A stretch of 64,000 nucleotides of DNA, taken from Haliotis rufescens. Its lineage: Eukaryota. This document shows positions 13,286 to 25,900 of the stretch, piece by piece. The stretch spans positions 2,418,001 to 2,482,000 of the forward strand of contig NW_025964346.1 in the NCBI RefSeq assembly GCF_023055435.1, in the 5' to 3' direction. Numbering within the stretch: the stretch's first letter is position 1; each line of letters opens with the position of its first letter. The translations under genes and the position numbers were made by a program. The notes beneath the pieces were generated by a model, which saw only the letters and a program-made list of their open reading frames with translations, made no database searches and was not told the DNA's origin.

Positions 13286-15879
13286 TGTATTTCCCACTGC
13301 CTGTCGGTTGTGCCTAAGAATATATGACTACCGTGTACCCCTTAATGAAGAAATTATATTCCGTTCGAATCTTCTGATCTAAAAGTCTAAGGGTCCTGAA
13401 CATTTCCTAGAATGTTTAGAATAGCGGAAGAAACACACCATGAAGTGTCCATAGCAACTGAAAGTTGAATTTCATTCTTAATCATACCAGTAATTTCGAG
13501 CACATGTATGTTTCAGCATAAACAGGGGTCAGACATCAAACACACTGTAGGCCACAGGGAAATATTTATTTCAAATTCCTTACCTATCGCGCTGGTTTAG
13601 ACAGGATTATGTATATCTGGAGCTGATGGACTGGTTTACAAAACAGCGCCATACCCATGACATATCCAATCACAGCGCCATACCCATGATATATCCAATC
13701 ACAGCGCGCATACTCAGGACAATCTAGAATTTTGGAAGAATCCCGCCAACTTCCCTAATGAGTGATACAGTTTATATACAGAACCAGGAAGGGCTGCCCA
13801 ATAAGCAGTTGTTACTTCCGTACCTGACTGTAGTGCGTTATCGCGTGTGATAAGCTATCAGCAAATGCCTATAAAAAGTATATCACCATAGTGAGACAGA
13901 CGTTTGTGAGAGTCCGCGAGACGCACAGCTCCCACGTGATCCGCGCGCCGTCTGGCGCAGCGATCCGTCGTTTACTTACTGCGCAGTTTATAATACACTA
14001 TAGAACTTCGTCAGAGCTATAACGGGGATGATTGTTTAAAAGTGTAATCTGTCACGAGAAAACAGAGTTATTGTGCAAATCGACAGCAAACAATCGTTTG
14101 GAAGTACTCGCAATGGGGATACATCACTACCTAAATTCTCGTGTTAACTTCACATTAATTCCTTTATTTATTAGTTTCGTGTACCCTCTTAATATTTCGC
14201 ATCTACTGTTTCACACTTAAAGCACCACTCCATGCCCAAATGTAGTGGCATTTGACGAAAAGTATTACAAGGAAGATTTTATTTTACATCTCTTATTCAA
14301 ATCATAACCTGCGTTGTACATACATACAGCCTGTATTTCCACACTGTGTATATGGGTCTGTCGTTTGCTGGCCAACATCATGTTTTTTTGTATTAAACAT
14401 CGCCACCTCTGTTGTCTTATTTTGTTCTTTCCATTCAATGTTGTCGTCATTGAAATTATGCAAAAATAACAACCACAGTCTTGCAAATATAATATGACAG
14501 TTGTGTGAAATATATCAACAATTATATACATTTTCAGGGTGTTCAGAAATAAACATACAACCTAACAATGAAAGGGAAAGGTACTCACATGTGTCTCTAC
14601 ATAGTTCAAATATAGCAGGCAGTAAGGTGAGAACCTGGCAGCATGGAGGTCCAATACACACTGGTGAGCATGTGCTTCAAAATGCATGAGCTTTGAAGTG
14701 GTCGTGACGTGATTATATTTTCATTTGACCACCATGGATAATAAGTTAAAATCAATTGTAATAATTTCATTTCATGTCATTTCATTTCTAACAGTTCATA
14801 CTTTACGATAGGAAATCTTGTGTAATGCCAAAGTGCTTGCTTATGTACTGCGGGAACAAGTTTCACTAACCAATATTGAAAACTACCAACATCCCTGTTC
14901 TTTACCAATGACGTTGCGTGTAGAGATGATAGATCCCTAAGAGGAGATTATGCACTCCCGATGACCCCAGCAACCCTGTTTCATGGCATTGTTTTGCCGG
15001 TGGATCTTCCAACACAATTCAACAAATTTCGCCTTGGGGCATTGTGACGTCATTGTCAATTCTGTGATGCAGGGCTCCGTTCCACAAGGCGATCGTTGTA
15101 GACTATCTGGGCTGCTGCTCTATTGTGTAGTGTTTAAGTATGGGATTTATGATAACTTCAGCGCTGCGATAGCTTTGTTGAATGGAATCCTTAATTCTAG
15201 GTGGGCCGTTCTATGGTATTAAATAAATATGTGTTAATTTCTGAAGTGTTAGAAGTATGATTCTGTTAAACTCAATTGGATTAGGTTGTGGATCGTGTTG
15301 ATGTCTGCCTATTCACACACGACAGTGATATTAAAAAATATATAAACGGCAAGTAATAAATAAAATACTAAACTCACTCCCGTGTAATACCAATTTTATA
15401 TATTTGATATCATGTCACCATATGACGGCGGTCTGTAAATAATCAAATCTGGACCAGAAAATCCAGTGATTGACATCATGAGCATCTACTCATTTGAGAT
15501 ACGATGACATGCATCTCTCAAGTCAACGGGCGTGTTATTCCGTCTCCACCCAGGGCAAAACGTGGTGCTGGACAGATGGGCGAGAACCCGGGACCAACAC
15601 TACTAACAGGACTTAGCTGAATCAGGTGCAGATTGGGAAATACGGAGCACTTTGAAATTGTGCAATTAATAATTGGGATTGGAATATCAGAGCTGAGCTG
15701 CAGAGACGAGGTAATGATCACAGCTCAGGTCCAGGAAGCATCGATCATCAGTACGCCCCAGCTACAAGGTGCACAGATACACCGGCTGACGTGCATCACA
15801 TTATTAGAAATGGCCATGCATGTACTGTGGAAGGCACCACCCAGCTAATCGCTGTCCATCCAGTGGCAGTAAACGTGAA

Positions 15880-16170
15880 TATTCGCATGGTCAGTCTCAT
15901 AACATGACAATCTAGAGGAAAACATAAGACCTGAATATTCATAGTAAGTGACAACATTCAAAGCAGACGAACCAAAGAAAACACTTTTTGACTTTTGTGC
16001 AACAATACCATCATTTCTATAAAGTACAGCATTCCGTTTATTAAGATCAACTTCAAGTCTCCATTTAGACCAATAACTATGTGACACAATTAACTGTTCT
16101 TGCAAGTCATTTACACAAGAGGAACATATAACAACATTTTCAGAGAAGAGAAGGGTAAAATATCCCATGT
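15880..16170 (-). mobile_element. Decayed LINE reverse transcriptase fragment
   Basis: DLQEQL..WSKWRLEVDLNK..VTYYEYSGL resembles the C-terminal motifs of LINE RT. Confidence 0.55.
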
Positions 16171-16468
16171 TGGCAACTATTTAGCACCTCCATAGCAAGT
16201 TCTTTTATGAAAAAATATAAACAACAACGGTTTTAAAACACAACCTTGTTGTTCACCACTGGATTTTATAAAGCTGTCCGTACGTTCATTAGTTACCTTA
16301 CTACTTGTACATGCATACATGTTTCTTAAAGGTACAGACAATTTACCATTTCATTTCGTTGTAGTGATTAAATACATCATTTTTTGTCCTATTAGCAAGA
16401 GCTTCTAAGGTCAATAAATACATAAATGATAACGTTCCTGGTTCAGCACAAATATTTGGAGCAAAGAC

Positions 16469-16636
16469 TGAGTGAGTGAGTATGGTTTTACGCCGCTTTT
16501 AGCAATATTACAGCAATATCACGGCGGGGGACACCAGGAATGGGCCTCACACATTGTACTCATGTCGGGAATCGAACCCGGTCTGGTCTTCGTGTGACGA
16601 GCGAATGCTTTATCCACTTGATTACTAAACCGCCCC
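16469..16636 (-). mobile_element. tRNA-derived SINE family B
   Basis: (GTGA)n tail, family B body, GGGAATCGAACC (B box reverse complement). Confidence 0.85.
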
Positions 16637-16677
16637 TCTTTCAAAGGAAGTTGGATGGTGCTTTTGAGGGTTTGGAA

Positions 16678-17643
16678 CATGGCTAGCACTACAGATGAAC
16701 ACGATGAACACGAGACAAACGCTCCAGGGAGCAGGGAGAAGAGTATCAGGAGAAGACATGCCCGATATGAGAGCTAACACATCATGGCTAGCACTACAGA
16801 TGAACACGAGACAAACACTCCAGGGAGCAGGGAGAAGAGTATCAGGAGAAGACATGCCCGATATGAGAGCTAACACATCATGGCTAGCACTACAGATGAA
16901 CACGAGACAAACACTCCAGGGAGCAGGGAGAAGAGTATCAGGAGAAGACATGCCCGATATGAGAGCTAACACATCATGGCTAGCACTACAGATGAACACG
17001 AGACAAACACTCCAGGGAGCAGGGAGAAGAGTATCAAGAGAAGACATGCCCGATATGAGAGCTAACACATCATGGCTAGCACTACAGATGAACACGAGAC
17101 AAACACTCCAGGGAGCAGGGAGAAGAGTATCAGGAGAAGACATGCCCACTATGAGAGCTAACACATCATGGCTAGCACTACAGATGAACACGAGACAAAC
17201 ACTCCAGGGGGCAGGGAGAAGAGTATCAGGAGAAGACATGCCCGATATGAGAGCTAACACATCATGGCTAGCACTACAGATGAACACGAGACAAACACTC
17301 CAGGGAGCAGGGAGAAGAGTATCAGGAGAAGACATGCCCGATATGAGAGCTAACACATCATGGCTAGCACTACAGATGAACACGAGACAAACACTCCAGG
17401 GGGCCAGGGAGAAGAGTATCAGGAGAAGACATGCCCGATATGAGAGCTAACACATCATGGCTAGCACTACAGATGAACACGAGACAAACACTCCAGGGAG
17501 CAGGGAGAAGAGTATCAGGAGAAGACATGCCCGATATGAGAGCTAACACATCATGGCTAGCACTACAGATGAACACGAGACAAACACTCCAGGGAGCAGG
17601 GAGAAGAGTATCAGGAGAAGACATGCCCGATATGAGAGCTAAC
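16678..17643. repeat. 96-bp tandem repeat x10
   Basis: Period 96 (e.g. ATG at 16800 and 16896), near-identical units; one 1-nt insertion near 17405 shifts the frame. Confidence 0.95.
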
Positions 17644-19430
17644 AAAGCACGATAACTTGTTCTGTTGGATGCCAGAGCATGAGGAAACTTTTCAAGAGAT
17701 CAAGAATATGATCATAAATTCATATATTACGGTATTTTGACTCTAGAGACTGATGCATCGCAAAATGGCCTTGGAACGGTCATATCCCCTGTATAAAGGA
17801 CAAGCAGATTTGGCATCAACAGCGATGACAGATTTGCCCAAATAGAGCAGGAGACGCTAGCCATTTTTTAGTTGTGAAAAGTTTCATTACTATCTGTTCG
17901 GAAGAAACGTCAACGTCAGGTCTGATCATCACCTGATAAAAGTTGTATTGAAGAAACCATTGCATGCTATCCCTCTGAGACTTCAGATCTATGATGCAGA
18001 TGTAGAATTCACACCTGGGAAGAATGTTCCTCCAGCAGACATGTTTTCTCGATACTTCGTAGTATCAAACAAAGATGATCATCTCTGGATGACGGTATTC
18101 ATTCATATGTACATGTGGTGACAAGCAAACTACCAATACCTGACAGACAAGAAGCTAGAACAGATTAGAAAAGAAACAAGTGAATATGATCAACATGTGA
18201 TCCTTGCAAAGATGTGGCTTTATGTGATTGTTCAAGTAGCATCAAGGAATTTTGGAATTGACTGTTGTTGACAAAAGTATCATTCCTGTTTCCATGAGAA
18301 AAAAGTTGTTAGAAAGAAAGAATGCAGGCCATATGGGAATTTTGAAGTACAAGGATCGAGCCTGTGGTGTCATATTCTGGCCGCGCATGACAGTTGTCAT
18401 CTCAAGAACTGTTGAGAATTGTGGCACTTGTGAAACAGTGCTTATTGTAGTTGATTACTACAGTCGATACAGTGAGATTACTAGCGAGCACAAAATTGAT
18501 GGCAAAATCATTACTCACATGACGGTTATATTTGCTTGGCATGGTGTACCCCAAAAAATTGTGTCTGATAATGGGTTGCAGTGGAATTTAGACACTTTCT
18601 TCAAAAGTGAAACATTGAACATTAACCTTCTCATCCTCATATCCACAGGCAAATGGTCTTGCTGAGAAGTGGAGACGATGGAGCAACTGCTGATTAAGGT
18701 TAAGCAGAGTGGTGCTAATCCCTATTGGTCTCGACTTGCTTACCACAACACTCCACTACATGGTGAACCTTCTCTGCCCAGCTGCTCATGCGTAGACGTC
18801 TCAGGTCTGACTTATGCAGCAAACCAAATTTACTCAAACCAGAAAGTCGTGAACGTGTGCATAACGTGATGTGAGGTGGGGTGAAATGGGGTTTAACGTC
18901 GCGTCCAGGATTATTGCACTTATACAGCGACGTGCATGTATGTGTGTGTGTTTGTGTGGCTGCTTGTACTAGTCCGGACTGATGCCGATTTATAGTGCTA
19001 GTCCACTGAGATACCATGCCGCAGTTTAAAATGAATACCCTACTCAGACACAGTATACTGACCCCGAGCCGACCAGTCCTTGTTTTAGCCCCTTAATGCC
19101 GAGCGACAGACAGGGTAACAACAAGTACCATCTTTTAACGTATGACGCGTATGACGCAGCCGAGGATCGAACCCCGGACCTTCCGCTCTCCGGGCGGACG
19201 CTCTACCACTAGACCGGTCGTGTGCATAACACAATGGTGGATTCTAAATGAGTCGAATGCATTACTATGACAGATCATCACATCCAAGGAATGCTGCAGA
19301 TGTACATGATATTATTACGGTGAGACAAGGAAAAAATGGATACCAGGTGTCGTTACAGGTTAAATATACTAACACGCCTCACACATATTATGTGGAAAGG
19401 ATAGGTCAGAGTATTGTTGCAACAAGAGAG
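17635..19430 (+). mobile_element. Gypsy LTR retrotransposon pol relic (RT connection, RNase H, integrase)
   Basis: Broken frames give LTKHDNLFCWMPEHEETF, TDASQNGLG, AQIEQETLA, CEKFHYYLFGR, GHMGILKYKDRACGVIFWP, LIVVDYYSRY, GVPQKIVSDNG. Confidence 0.85.
18866..19218 (-). mobile_element. tRNA-derived SINE family C (Meta/MESC-like core) nested in Gypsy pol
   Basis: tRNA-like head (reverse complement of GGATCGAACC...CTCTACCACTAG), core GGACTGGTCGGCTCGGGGTCAGTATACTGTG, TSD CGTGTGCATAAC (18854-18865, 19219-19230). Confidence 0.8.
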
Positions 19431-19465
19431 ACTTGCAGTCCACTAAGGACACTATCTTCAATGTA

Positions 19466-19663
19466 CCTGGAGACAATCTGGAGACAATCTGGAGGCAATC
19501 TGGAGACAATCTGGAGACAATCTAGCGACAATCTGGAGACAATCTGGAGACAATCTAGCGACAATCTGGAGACAATCTAGCGACAATCTGGAGACAATCT
19601 GGAGACAATCTAGCGACAATCTGGAGACAATCTGGAGACAATCTGGAGACAATCTAGCGGCAA
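19466..19663. repeat. 11-bp minisatellite (CTGGAGACAAT / CTAGCGACAAT) x~18
   Basis: Direct tandem copies of two variants. Confidence 0.9.
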
Positions 19664-20239
19664 TAGTCATGTTGAGCAAACCCTCCTCGATGCTGCTCCA
19701 CATCCGGTCATCAGACCAATGATGAACCCACCAAACCTTTGAAACCTATTGCCTACTCATCCAGTGGTCGGGCAATATTTAAATCATCAAGACTGTGACA
19801 GTTTATTTGAAATAAATTTATTATCGTCAGCCTGACATTTAATTTGAAGTTTGGGCAATGTCTAATGACCAGAAGATTTGGGCCACATGAGAATGGACAT
19901 GGCTGTTCTACTCTTTCAATTAGTGTTTTGAACTTGTGAAAAGGAGTGCATGAAATATCTTCATTCCGAGTAACTATCATGGCTTTGTGTGTGACAGTTT
20001 GCTCTAGTGTGCTGATGTATCTTTTGTGTTTAACGCATTCGCGATGGGTCATGTCATACCATGTTTGATGCCACCAGAAATACCCTTGATGATACCGAGT
20101 CATCCTGATATTTTCTTGTATGGTCAGTACAAAACAAATATGACAAGCGCTTATAATAGAAAGCCCAGGACCAGACTGGAATGTTTTAACCTGAAACTGA
20201 CCTCACATCCCAATAATTTTAGATGATTTATCAGTAAAC

Positions 20240-20680
20240 GGTTCTGACTAGCTATCGGTGAATTATTCGTCTTCATAAAATTGTCATGGTCCCACAAGCA
20301 GGATAAGCAGGCCAAGAGATTATTACACCAAGCAGTGCCTAAAAGTGACTCCAGCAAGTCTGATAAGTGAACGTCTCAATGTACAGTTCTCCCCAGCCAA
20401 CAATGTAAGGAAACAAGAAACATTCTACACTCAACAAAATGCTTCAAATGGCAGACAACAGAGTCAACAGTTCAAGGTTAAACCAAAATTCTACTGTCTT
20501 TCATGTGTATCAGCTGAGCATTTTCTGAATACATGCCCAAAGTTTAAGAAGTTTTCTGTTGTAGAAGTTAAATCTTGGTTGAGAGATCGATGTTTTAGAA
20601 AACATAAACCAGAGGGCTGTAACTTAAAGACACCGTGTCAACAATGAACCGAGTGACTGCCCTGCATGATGCATGCAGAC
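20240..20680 (+). mobile_element. BEL/Pao LTR retrotransposon gag relic
   Basis: YCLSCVSAEHFLNTCPKF...RCFRKHKPEGCNLKTPCQQ matches the multi-knuckle Cys/His pattern of BEL gag. Confidence 0.6.
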
Positions 20681-22207
20681 ATACGACTGCACATTAGGTG
20701 ATGTTTTCGACGACATCTTCACCATCTGCGCAAGTTATTATGCGAAGCTTATGGGATCCACTGTGCTGACAACCACTCAGCTTGAGCTATATCTGTGCAG
20801 TGGACAGTCTATGAATCTTAGGGCATCTGCAAAAGATATGCTGGAAACAACACACAATTTGATGAATGCCTGATCAAGCAACGTGTCTTTATCTGATTAT
20901 ACATATGCAACAGAGAACTGTAGACACAGTGGGCACATACGAGATACTCAAAATGAATAAAATGACAGTGAAAAGAATGAAGAACTTAGCAAAAATGTTG
21001 AAAACAAATATGTTTGAAATAATGATGTGCACATGAGAATATTAATAACAAATGGAAAATACTCAGTGGAATATTTTTATTTGTTTTTTATTACTTCGGT
21101 TTTGATGGTACACAAGCAAATATGGACTAGTTTCATAAGTATTGGGTGTACATGAAAAGAATATATAAAGTGAGACAATATCATTATGAGGGCTGGTCAA
21201 AAGGTCTAAGTCTGACTAAGTTTCAACTCTGGGCCATAACAAAGATCTTGTGTGGATAAAGGAATTTTGACAAGCACGAATATCTGGACTCTGTTTTATA
21301 TATATACATATATACACATAGTTTAACCCCTGGGTGTCAAAACGGTCATGGAACAGAAGCGTCACTAAAACATGTTGGTGCTAATGGGAGATATTAAAAC
21401 ATGTTTTGTGATATATCTATAATCTGTTTGGTGTTTTGACGGAGAAGAGTCACTACCAGTTATCTCTGTGTGGCAAATGAGCACACAATACCATTTAGAA
21501 AATGGTCAAATGTAACAAATGTTATATTTAGGATAACACTTTCTAAGTAAAGTACAGATTCTCGTACCTTTTTTTATTGGGTCCCGGATGGGACTCAACC
21601 AAAAAATTACGAGAATCTGCATACAATCCTTGATACAATCAAGGATCGACTTTCTTTATCCCCTTCTTGCGGATCTGTTTCTTTATGCATAAGAATCGGA
21701 ATTTCTGCTCGGATTGGCAAAGTCAAAACTAGGTAATGTTGCCAAGAAGCCTCGGGTATGTCGATGAGCTGATTTCGTGTGTGTCACAGTTCACAGTGTA
21801 GGTCAACTCCTGCCCTGTGTGTCGCAGTGTAGGTCCCACTGAGCATGAATCTTCCCACCAAGATTTCAAAGAACGTCACACGACTCTTACTCAGAAGCTG
21901 TTTGATCGTGTTACAACATTCAAGGCCTCGACTATCAGTAAAGTTTGATGATGGACATGTGAACAAAAACTATGTCCGATGCAATTACCTATTTTAACTT
22001 TTACAATATGGTCCAATAGTTTTTTCAGGTAAATAATTGCCTTACCTTTGCATGTGTTTGTGACGCAACCGGTGGGGTAAATTACGATTTGCCCATGAAA
22101 AACTGCTTTTTAAAGCGCCAAGTACTGAGCGACCAAACCTTGCCTCGTCTAGTTTTAGTTATGTGATAATTATAGTATAGTACTTTGATCGGGTTAGTAA
22201 AATTTCG

Positions 22208-22441
22208 ACCCGTGAAGATCCGGGGTAGAATAGGATCCATGCTTGTCGTAAGAGGCTACAAAGGGATCGGGTGGTCAGGCTCGCTGACTTGGTTGATGCA
22301 TGTCAACATATTCAAAATGCGTGGACCGATGCTCATGATGTTAATCACTGGAGTGTCTACTTCAGACAAATTTTTTTAGACCGCCTTCATATAGCTGGAA
22401 TATTGCTGAGTGCGGCGTTAAACAACAAACAAACAAACAAC
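22208..22441 (+). mobile_element. SINE family A
   Basis: ACCCGTGAAGATCCGGGGTAGAATAGG head through (CAAA)n tail. Confidence 0.85.
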
Positions 22442-22906
22442 ATAATTCAGAAGCATATGTTGAGATTTAAACAGTTAGTAATTATTGTTTCATGTGGTTC
22501 ACGATTAGTAGTCATGTGTGCATTTTAGGAGTTAGTAAACAGCGTGTGCCTGCATGCGTGTGGGAGTGTGAGTGCGTGTGCGTGTGCGTGTGCGCGTGTA
22601 TCCCTCGTGACACCCAGGGGCTAATGTTATCTATGAACTGACTTATAATATAAATGTGATACATGCCAATTAGATACAAATCGCTTATTTTCTAAAGGGA
22701 GCGAGCAATTCCGAATAAAACGTCTAGGAAACAGCGAGAGAGAACAAATTCGCGATCTAATCGGAAACAGAAACAAGCATGAGACATATGGGGAAGAAAG
22801 AAACGATTGGGGTCTTCGTCGTGAGACGTAGAACAAACTGAAGGAATAACATGACAATGATCGCCCACGCCCAATGGAATCTGAACACATCCGTCTCCTA
22901 TGTTCA

Positions 22907-25900
22907 TTATACAAGAAAAAGTCCGAAGTACGTGTCGTAGGGGGAGGTGTCGATGTTGTCGGGCACACTGCTGGTGACCTTGACCCTGGTGTTGGCCTCC
23001 AGGTAGAAGGTGGCCCCGAGGCTGCTGGTGGTGTAGGCGAGACGTCCCCGTCTGATGCTGGGGGTGGACTGAAGGTTTCTCATCAGGGGTGTTGGTGCTT
23101 CCTCCAGCTCTGACGCCTTCTGCTTCACCACTGCGTGAATGATCCGCCCATAGTCCAACTCCTGGGTTCCGTTTCCGTGATACAGAATCTGCATGAAAAC
23201 GCCAAAAACACTGACACACAGAGAAACATTTCACAGTCAGAGAAACGATAAGGTTACCTCTTCTCTACATGCGGCAGTATTGACGTTGTTATGTTCTGGT
23301 TACTCATTTCATATACGCCTGTGAAGATGTCTACACTGCGAATACCTCGTATCATTACTATTCACAGTGATTCATAGACACTTTCCAGACGAGCGTTGAT
23401 GAATCATGTCAATAGAAGATCAAGTTGATTAAAATTTAAACAGCGCATTATGAAACAGGAAGATGCACTTTTGTAATTCGACTGAGTGAAGCTTGTCATT
23501 TTAATTACTTTTCCACATTTACATGTATGCAATATGTATAAATACCATTAGTCGAACAAACTGTGTTCCTCTTGTAAATATAACAACTGATGATGAGTAG
23601 TACGTATTGAGACATACCACCAGCTATGCAATGACGTCAAACCAATGGCACTTTTCGACTAACTCAGATGATCCAAAATAGAAGATGTTTCGAAGGTTGT
23701 ATAGTGACAGTGTTGATATTTAGTTGATTTTAAGTAAAACGTAGACTAAAGTTAAATGTCTCGGGACATTATTAAACATGTCTAATGTTTGTGTCAATTC
23801 ACCAATAATCAGGAAAGCAATCCTGCAACGAATAAAAATATAGAGACAATATGTTTCAAACTGTTATAATAAAGTGTATTTTCAAGCTTATTGAGTATTT
23901 CCCGTAAATGATTTGAATAACTGTGCGATAAATCTATAACAAACAATAATTTATAATGTCTACCATGATGTATTTATATCGAGACATCTGCCCGGTGGCA
24001 TAATTCTGTTTATCTTCGTGTCAGCCTACCGTGCTGTAGATGAAGAAGTAGCCCTTCTCTCGGACTATGACGACGCCGTCCCTGTACTCAATACTTCTGC
24101 CCACGTGGGACAGACCGGAGTTCGGGTTCCACCTCAGCGTTACCTCCTCGTCTAAACACAATTACGTCAGACCCTGCATTAACCTGACAGTGTGTGTCTT
24201 TGGCAGTAGTGAGTGAGTGAGTGAGTGAGTGAATGAGTATGGTTTTACGCCGCTTTTAGCAATATTCCAGCAATATCACGGCGGGGGACACCAGAAATGG
24301 GCTTCACACATTGTACCCATGTTGGGAATAGAGCCCGGGTCTTCGGCGTGACGAGCGAACGCTTTAACCACTAGGCTACCCGACCGCCCCTGGCAGTAGT
24401 GAATTTGTTATGGCAACAAACACACTCTTACTATTGTATGTAAATTGTTTGGGTGGCGGGTGCTGCCAGTAGGGTAGGACATGCTTGTCCTATTTGATAA
24501 TACCTGGTGTCATCACTGATTTTGACAGACGGACAGAGTAAAAACATAAACACGTCCTCATCAAATCCATGAGATTTGAAAGCATCATTTACGGCCTTGG
24601 ACCAGCATTTTATTTATTAATAAGTTGACAATTTTTGACATAGTATCATTTAGGTTATATTTCTGTAAATATTGTAGCATATTATATATCGGAGATTTTC
24701 TAATCTATTCCTTGCAAGTAAACTATCTGTACTCATATATTGACCCAGGCGAACTAAAAACATTACTTTAAAAACGCAGTTATACTTTGCATTACATAGC
24801 TTTCCTGAGAAGTAGAGTGCTCTTGTATCTATGTAATACTGTAGTAGCATGATGCCGATAGCATCCAATACAACAATACTGGGACTGCGCCTGTGTAGTC
24901 CCTGAACCTATTTACACAATGGACGCTGTACAACCTCAGGCATGCCATACTCTTTAAGAGGGACTTTGCCCCATACACTGCATCCATAGAGGCCACATGA
25001 TAAGATCATTCTATCCCAGATACGTGCTGCAGATATAGGATTCAGACCACATGTATCTCTTCACATTCAGATTTTGTAAGTTCAATTGATAATTTGTGTG
25101 AAATAATATATACATCTGTATAGTGAATGTTTTATCTGGAGTTGGCGTTATGTAGTTATGAAGAACACTACAATGACAGATGAATGGGCGTTGAAATATA
25201 CAACCAGAGGGTCGGCAGTGAAGTGTGGAACTACAGGGCGAGCTTCAGTGACGTATTTATAGATACTCACTGCTTGGGGAGATCACCGTTGAGATGACCA
25301 AGTGAGCGGCAGGCTTTTGAAGATTTGTCCCATTTCCTTCATAGGCGCTGTGTAAGCTGGCCTGTCTTTCGTAGATGTCTAGTTGAACATTGATGAAAAC
25401 CATGACAAAACCATGACAATAACAGGACAATAACTGCCTTATCGTAGACAGTGGCTCTTATATACAGGAAACATCAATTGGTGCTCAGAGAATTGGTTTC
25501 CGTATTATTCAAATATTTATATTTATTGATGTTTTCATTGTTTCTTCTAATGTAACTTTCGTGACAAGACAAGTGATTGCAGGGAGCGATGAGAGTGTAA
25601 CTGTCCGTGATGAAGATCAGAAGACTCGTCACCAAAAGGAAGGTTTCACTCGTCACATCGTTCTCCGTCACATCACGTTTCGTCACATAACAGGCGGTTT
25701 AGCGTGGTTCAAACCTCGTGGTTTGAGCCGAAATACAGGGATCTGCCTCCATTTTATCATCTAGCTTGAACATCTCTTGATGCGACACATGCCGATAATC
25801 TCATAAACAAAGCGACAAGATTCAAGAACGACCGTATGAGGAAGTACCGTGGTATAATCATCGTATGTTAACTTTGCTTCTCAGACGCATCGTATCAGGA

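Noticed and set aside
16625-17655. 250-aa ORFs on both strands
   Set aside because: A 96-bp tandem repeat next to a decayed Gypsy element, with no domain content.
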